The notes under the pieces were generated by a model. The model ran no database searches, was not told the origin of the DNA, and worked only from the letters and a program-made list of their open reading frames with translations. Positions 59,125 through 64,000 of a stretch of DNA of 64,000 bases are shown piece by piece. Position 1 is the first letter of the stretch. Each line of letters opens with the position of its first letter. Origin of the DNA: Chloroflexota bacterium (GTDB lineage Bacteria > Chloroflexota > Dehalococcoidia > Lucifugimonadales > JADFKI01); the NCBI GenBank assembly GCA_027623195.1, contig JAQBUT010000004.1, positions 32,001 through 96,000 on the forward strand, written 5' to 3'. The translations under genes and the position numbers were made by a program.

Positions 59125-59415
59125 CTAAATATAGTAATCGGCCCAAAAGTTACGGAGAATTCCCGCGAGATCAATCACCCGGTAGAGAAAGAACATTGCC
59201 AGCCCGAAGCAAATGATCGCGAAGGAATAGAAGGCAATCCTGGCCTTTTGCCAGTAGTTGGGAAGGTGTCCGGACATAACGAATGAAGGTAGAAAGTTAT
59301 GCCCTACAATCATGTTCGCAGCCATCAAGACTACGAAAAGAACCACCATCCAAAGCGAAACCAGTAGTTTGCCTAGTTCGCTCCACTCAAAGGGGCCAAG
59401 CGCAGCAGGGTCCAT
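59125..59415 (-). CDS. small two-TM membrane protein heading the act operon
   Basis: 96 aa hydrophobic ORF, AAGG RBS, 12 nt upstream of actA. Confidence 0.7.
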   Translation of the reverse strand: MDPAALGPFEWSELGKLLVSLWMVVLFVVLMAANMIVGHNFLPSFVMSGHLPNYWQKARIAFYSFAIICFGLAMFFLYRVIDLAGILRNFWADYYI

Positions 59416-59651
59416 TTATTGCCTTGCCTCAGAATTTACGTTTGCTGTTGTGTTCAACAATTGGCTTTATCAGCCTGGTGAAAATTATCACAGTGGTTAA
59501 GCCGGTGTCAAGGGTTTACTAGGCAAATACGCGGCCGCCGGTCCCTAACATTAACTATTCCAAAGCGCCAATAAAAGGATTCCTTTTTGACACAATGTCC
59601 ACGATTTTTGCGGCGAGTTTTCCACGGTAGACGCGGACGAAACATGGCAGA

Positions 59652-60842
59652 TCAGTCACGGAAACCTTCCACAGTGTGAGCCTTAAGAAAGTCTTCGTCC
59701 AGGTTCATACCAAGGCCTGGCCTATCAGACACGTACAGATCGCCGCTACGGATATCCAAAGGGACATCCATAAACTTGTCGTAACCACTCAGGTCGTATC
59801 GAATTGTCTCCAGTTTGTAGAAGTTCGGCACGGTCATCATCACCTGCGCTCCGGCCATGATATTGATTGGCCCGCTGGCGTCGTGCGGAGACACAGGTAT
59901 GTAATAAGCCTCGGCCATGGTCGATATCTTCTTCAGCTCGCTGATGCCGCCGGTCCAGGTAACGTCCGGCATGATGTAGTCGGCCAGGTTGTTCTCGAAA
60001 ATAGGCACGAACTCGAACCGTGTATGCAGTCGCTCGCCCACGCTAATTCTGCAGGAAATTTTTTCACGCACCTGCTTCAGGGCCGAGTAGCTCTCCACCG
60101 GAACAGGCTCCTCGAACCAGTGGATGTTAAAAGGCTCCAGCGCGTTGGCCAGCTGAATAGCAGTAGGCACGTTGTACCGACCATGAGCGTCGATAAGCAC
60201 CTCTATTTGCGGGCCAACGGCCTCACGTACGGCAGCGGTAATGTCCACAGCCTCAGCCAGCCCTTGCGGACTGAGTTCGCCATCCATGAAGCTGATGTTG
60301 CCGTCCTTCAGACCGCCGTGCAGCGAGTGCATCATGGGGTCCATCTTGAGGCCGCGGTGGCCTGAGGCTACGATCTCTTTCGCGTCTGCCACCGCTTCCT
60401 CAGGCGTGTTGGGCTCAGGCGGATGGGTGTACAGCGCGATGCGGTCTCGAACGGGACCGCCCAGCAACGCGTATATGGGTTTGCCGAGGCTCTTGCCCAG
60501 GATGTCCCACAACGCAATGTCGATTCCGCTTATGGCCGCTGTCGTTGCGCCACGAGTGCCGGTGTAGGTGAACAGCCGGAAGGTCCGCTGCCATATGTAC
60601 TCGATGGCCCTGGGGTCCTGTCCCACCAGGAACTGCTTCAGCTCCTGTATGTACCGACCCACCGCTCGGTTGCCCACAAAGCCAGGATAGTTGGTGACCT
60701 CTCCCCAGCCGGATATACCCTCGTCGGTCTCCACTTTAACGAAGATGAACTGTCGCCTGGTGGGTAGCCTTGGCCGGTCACCGCCAGGCCTGTCGTCCCA
60801 ATCGGTCTCGATAACATACGTCTTGACGTCGGTTATTTTCAT
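59652..60842 (-). CDS. mandelate racemase/muconate lactonizing enzyme family (galactonate dehydratase-like)
   Basis: MKITDVK, VKVETDEGISGWGE, AISGIDIALWD..GK, IDAHG, WFEEP, GER, PHD, PGLG; ATG after GAGGATAGG. Confidence 0.92.
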   Translation of the reverse strand: MKITDVKTYVIETDWDDRPGGDRPRLPTRRQFIFVKVETDEGISGWGEVTNYPGFVGNRAVGRYIQELKQFLVGQDPRAIEYIWQRTFRLFTYTGTRGATTAAISGIDIALWDILGKSLGKPIYALLGGPVRDRIALYTHPPEPNTPEEAVADAKEIVASGHRGLKMDPMMHSLHGGLKDGNISFMDGELSPQGLAEAVDITAAVREAVGPQIEVLIDAHGRYNVPTAIQLANALEPFNIHWFEEPVPVESYSALKQVREKISCRISVGERLHTRFEFVPIFENNLADYIMPDVTWTGGISELKKISTMAEAYYIPVSPHDASGPINIMAGAQVMMTVPNFYKLETIRYDLSGYDKFMDVPLDIRSGDLYVSDRPGLGMNLDEDFLKAHTVEGFRD

Positions 60843-60938
60843 GTTTTTCCTATCCTCAAAGCCTGTTTCATTGTTGGCGTTCCCGGTTGCCTGCATCGTT
60901 CATCTTTTCTTGGAGCATAATGCATGCTCGGGCCAGTC

Positions 60939-61034
60939 GTTCGACAAGTCCCCACTCTGTCGAGGATGCTCGATTGAATCGGCACTCACCACAGCCTTAA
61001 ATTCTAAGAAGTGTTCGCCTTGAATTCATCCAAA
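60939..61034. repeat. composite REP-like palindromic element, copy 2
   Basis: 54-nt core 60939-60992 matches 37417-37470 at 45/54; followed by a degenerate partner gttcgccttgaattcatccaaagg. Confidence 0.7.
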
Positions 61035-61074
61035 GGCAGCACACTCAAAATCTTGCCAGCGCAGGGGAAGTGCG

Positions 61075-62355
61075 CTACGTAATATTCCAGCGCGGATGCG
61101 CCGCCGCCTCTTTCTGCATGCGCTCCGGAAGCCAACCCCTTACAGCAGGGTCCACGTAAAAGGTCGGATGAAGCAGTTCGTCATCGTTCTCTATCATTCC
61201 CTCATCCCTTGCCCTGCGCGAAAGCGTTGTGTACGGCAGCAAGCGGTTACCTATTCTCAAAGTAACGAAAGCCGGCTGGGTCTCCCGAAGGAAGTCCAGC
61301 TTCTCGTTTACCGTATCCTCTGTCTCGCCCGGCAACCCAAACGCAATGTTCATCGTGTGCGGCAGGTCTACCGACTTGCATGTGGCAGACGTATCCCGAA
61401 GCTGATTTAGACGTGACGTGAGGTCCTCTGCGGTAGCGCTGCCCTCATTGAGCAGCGCCAAGGAGCACCCGGCCCTCTTCATCAAATCAGCCGTTTCGCC
61501 ATCGAAGTCCACAGGATGAATACCTGAGTTCCACCGGATTCCTATACTCGCGTCTATGATGGCCTGACACAACTCTTTTGCGTGATCCATTGGCACATTG
61601 AAACCGGATGATATGAAGAAGAATTTGCGTATACCGAATTCGGCCTGAATATCCTTCACTTCACTCACAACCTCGGCTACGTCCTTGATGCGCCACTGGT
61701 CGCTGTCGGACTGGGACGATTTCCCTTCGGTGGGGTAATAGGCCTGGGCAAGCTTGGTTATCACCCCTACGCCGAACCCGGAACCGTCATATTTCTTCAT
61801 GTCCAAAAGATCAAGCCGGGGCTTACTTTGATAGTTGGATGAAAAACTACCTTCACTAATTACCGTTTTACCGCCTTCTCGATGGACCAGTCCAGGAATG
61901 GCCTTGTAGTCCGAACCCGTGTCCAACTTGTCAAGCAACTGCGAGAACGCCTGCCCGGCGTCGCCTACAACTCCAAAGTCGGCTCCCACATATTCCAGGC
62001 ACGGGGCGGGCAGAATGCTGAATGCCGGGCCACCGCAAACCGTGGTGGCACTACCAGCCGAACTTATGCGATCGATTGTCTCCTTCACCGCCGGTAAGTT
62101 GGACACCGGGTTGAAGTAGCTCTGGTTGTCCAGGTTGCGTAGGGACAGGCCCACAACTTCGGGCTGGAACTCTCTAACCGTCGCCTCTACATCGGCGGCC
62201 CCATCCTCAGAAAACATAAGGTCCAGCACCCGCATCTCGTGGCGCGATTCGTCCACACTCGCAGCCAGATATGCCAGACCAATGGGTACAGGGCGCACGA
62301 CCATCCTGTCCATAAACCTATTCGTCTGATTGGTGGCAACTAACAAAACTCGCAT
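61075..62355 (-). CDS. B12-binding-domain radical-SAM-like protein lacking the CxxxCxxC motif
   Basis: PIGLAYLAA, VLDLMF, VGLSLRNLDN, GGPAFS (B12 domain); barrel-like remainder (FNVP..HAKELC, MKRAGC, FGLPGET, R..PYT.L) without the Cys triad. Confidence 0.82.
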   Translation of the reverse strand: MRVLLVATNQTNRFMDRMVVRPVPIGLAYLAASVDESRHEMRVLDLMFSEDGAADVEATVREFQPEVVGLSLRNLDNQSYFNPVSNLPAVKETIDRISSAGSATTVCGGPAFSILPAPCLEYVGADFGVVGDAGQAFSQLLDKLDTGSDYKAIPGLVHREGGKTVISEGSFSSNYQSKPRLDLLDMKKYDGSGFGVGVITKLAQAYYPTEGKSSQSDSDQWRIKDVAEVVSEVKDIQAEFGIRKFFFISSGFNVPMDHAKELCQAIIDASIGIRWNSGIHPVDFDGETADLMKRAGCSLALLNEGSATAEDLTSRLNQLRDTSATCKSVDLPHTMNIAFGLPGETEDTVNEKLDFLRETQPAFVTLRIGNRLLPYTTLSRRARDEGMIENDDELLHPTFYVDPAVRGWLPERMQKEAAAHPRWNIT

Positions 62356-62536
62356 TGAGACTCCTCTCGAATCGCCGCTAATCACGACGGAGGATATCAT
62401 AATTTTGTTGAGGATTCACCGTGCCGCTCACGCCTTGATAGACGGTTACAAGCGACATGTTGTACGAGGCTTTACCATGCAATACAATAGCGCCGATTCG
62501 TCCTGCGGATAAACGGAATTATGAGAGGATCATACC

Positions 62537-63253
62537 ATGAGAGTAAACAACGTTATTACGAAAATGCAGGCTGGCGAAAGGGCGCTCGGATGCAACTTTT
62601 CGTTCCCGTCAACAACGCTGATTGAATTGGCCTCCATGGCCGGATTCGATTTCGTCACGTTCGACAGCGAGCATGGCCCTTTCACGGTGGATATTCTGGA
62701 CGACCTCTGTCGGCTCTCCTCTGCTCTGGGTTTGACGCCTATGGCAAGGGTGCCCAACATAGAGGACTCAACTATCCTTCGATTCCTGGACCGGGGTATT
62801 ATGGGCATTACAGGGCCGCACATCATAAACGGCGACCGAGCGAGGCAACTGGCAGGCGCCTGCCGATACGTGCCCAGGGGCAAGCGCAGCTTCGGATCGG
62901 GTCGTGGCGCGTATTACGGCGATTTTGAGTCAGGCCCAGCTTACATGGAGCATACCAACAACAACATCCTCGTCATTGCCCAGTTGGAGGATGCGGAAGT
63001 CCTCAACAATATCGACGACATCTTGTCTGTGCAAGGCATCGACCTCTTTACGTCAGGGGCTCAGGACATCGCCCAGTCGATGGGATTGCAGGGGCAACCC
63101 AATCATCCCGACGTGCAAGCTTTTGAGGCCAAAGTAAAAGACCTCGTCCACGCTGCGGGCCGAAAGATGGCCGAAGACGTTATGGCGTCAGTCCGCGCCG
63201 CGAACCTGTTCCTGGACGGGTGCAAAGGCTACCTGGCCCAAAACCGACCCTGA
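62537..63253 (+). CDS. HpcH/HpaI aldolase family
   Basis: AGFDFV.FDSEHG, ARVP, LDRG..G...PH, RYVPRGKRS.G, AQLE, DIAQSMG. Confidence 0.9.
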   Translation: MRVNNVITKMQAGERALGCNFSFPSTTLIELASMAGFDFVTFDSEHGPFTVDILDDLCRLSSALGLTPMARVPNIEDSTILRFLDRGIMGITGPHIINGDRARQLAGACRYVPRGKRSFGSGRGAYYGDFESGPAYMEHTNNNILVIAQLEDAEVLNNIDDILSVQGIDLFTSGAQDIAQSMGLQGQPNHPDVQAFEAKVKDLVHAAGRKMAEDVMASVRAANLFLDGCKGYLAQNRP

Positions 63254-63325
63254 TCTCTAAGGCCAGTCTAAGTCGTCGCATTAGAGCAACTGACGTAACA
63301 GTTTGTGATATAAGTCTGAGATTTG

Positions 63326-63403
63326 CCCCCATCCTAACCTTCCCCCGCGGCGGAGGAACGGACACAAATCCTCGCCCTGAGGGAGAGGATTGAGGTGAGG
63401 GGG
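63326..63403. repeat. inverted pair of G/C-rich palindromic repeats (CCCCATCCTAACCTTCCCCC / GGGAGAGGATTGAGGTGAGGGG type)
   Basis: Two related units in inverted orientation, each with an internal hairpin, in an intergenic gap. Confidence 0.6.
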
Positions 63404-63451
63404 AAACGCTGCGCCAACAACAAAGTATCGGAAACGTCGAAAGGACGAAAA

Positions 63452-64000
63452 ATGCGAAGCCAGGTCCGTCTAAATATTCAATCTCCAAAACCTTTTGCCG
63501 ATGGGATGGCCTTTGGCGACGTTGGGCCTTACGAGGCCATTGAGGGCAGCGTAGACTTCGCAATCGATCCAAACGACCTGGCCAACGCCGGCATCGTCGA
63601 CCTGAAGCAGGCGCCTCGAAACGCGGAAGGCCTGGTGGAGTATTCGACTGAGTTTTACATTCTTCGGCCCGTCGACCTGGAACGTGGTAACGGCCGACTA
63701 ATCTACGACGTGAACAATCGCGGCAACAAGCGCATCCTGCAGTTCTTCAACGACGGAGTTCACAGCAACACGCCCATCACCGCAGAGAACGCGGGCAATG
63801 GATTTCTCATGAGGCGAGGCTACTCCATAGTGTGGTCGGGCTGGCAGGGAGATGTCCTTCCGATTGACAGCCAACTCTCCATGCGGCTACCCGTGGCCAC
63901 GAATAACGGCGTCTCCATCACAGGCGATGTACGCACCGAGTTCATCATAGAAACTCAAGGCGTCCAGTGCAGGCCATTGTCGGCAGCCGATTACGCGGAC
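63452..64000 (+). CDS. alpha/beta-hydrolase-domain protein, 5' part (runs off window; absent from ORF track)
   Basis: ATG after AAGGA; open to the window end: FGDVGPYE..EG...FAIDP....NAGIVDL..APRN.EG.VEY...FYILRP.D..RGNGRL.YDV.NRG...GFLMRRGYS.VWSGWQGD. Confidence 0.8.
   Translation, partial: MRSQVRLNIQSPKPFADGMAFGDVGPYEAIEGSVDFAIDPNDLANAGIVDLKQAPRNAEGLVEYSTEFYILRPVDLERGNGRLIYDVNNRGNKRILQFFNDGVHSNTPITAENAGNGFLMRRGYSIVWSGWQGDVLPIDSQLSMRLPVATNNGVSITGDVRTEFIIETQGVQCRPLSAADYAD

Noticed and set aside
1..64000. Sec read-through at other TGA stops (thrC, coxE, uvrB, coxS, aldolase); CRISPR arrays, tRNA/rRNA, integrases or transposases
   Set aside because: Those proteins are already complete at their TGA; no regularly spaced repeats, cloverleaf/rRNA signatures or recombinase motifs were seen by eye

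Overview
Gene-dense bacterial chromosome segment, most likely Chloroflexota (Dehalococcoidia/SAR202-like). This is inferred from fused accD-accA and aroK-aroB, a split-ActB alternative complex III, and many CaiB, crotonase, PIG-L and enolase-superfamily paralogues. It carries housekeeping genes (leuD end, accDA, ftsK, rnj, udg, aroE, aroKB, tgt, uvrB), a ThrC-like/NIL/MoaD sulfur-carrier trio, CoA-dependent catabolic genes, coxG/coxS/coxM/coxE with no coxL, a ccmH-ccmF cluster and an alternative complex III (act) operon. I found no rRNA, tRNA, CRISPR array or intact transposase. The strongest hidden signal is a selenoprotein missed by the ORF track: a CPA1 cation/H+ antiporter fused to a rhodanese domain whose frame continues through TGA (YCT-U-PDEATSA), directly followed by a bacterial SECIS-like hairpin and preceded by a DedA gene. 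Other highlights are an AT-richer three-gene island (unknown ORF, degenerate MNT-like, HEPN-like), a B12-binding radical-SAM homologue lacking CxxxCxxC, an Mrp/ApbC lacking its CxxC, apparent ATA/CTG start codons, a composite REP-like repeat present twice and a decayed RelE-like toxin. All family assignments come from motif recognition by eye; no database searches were run.
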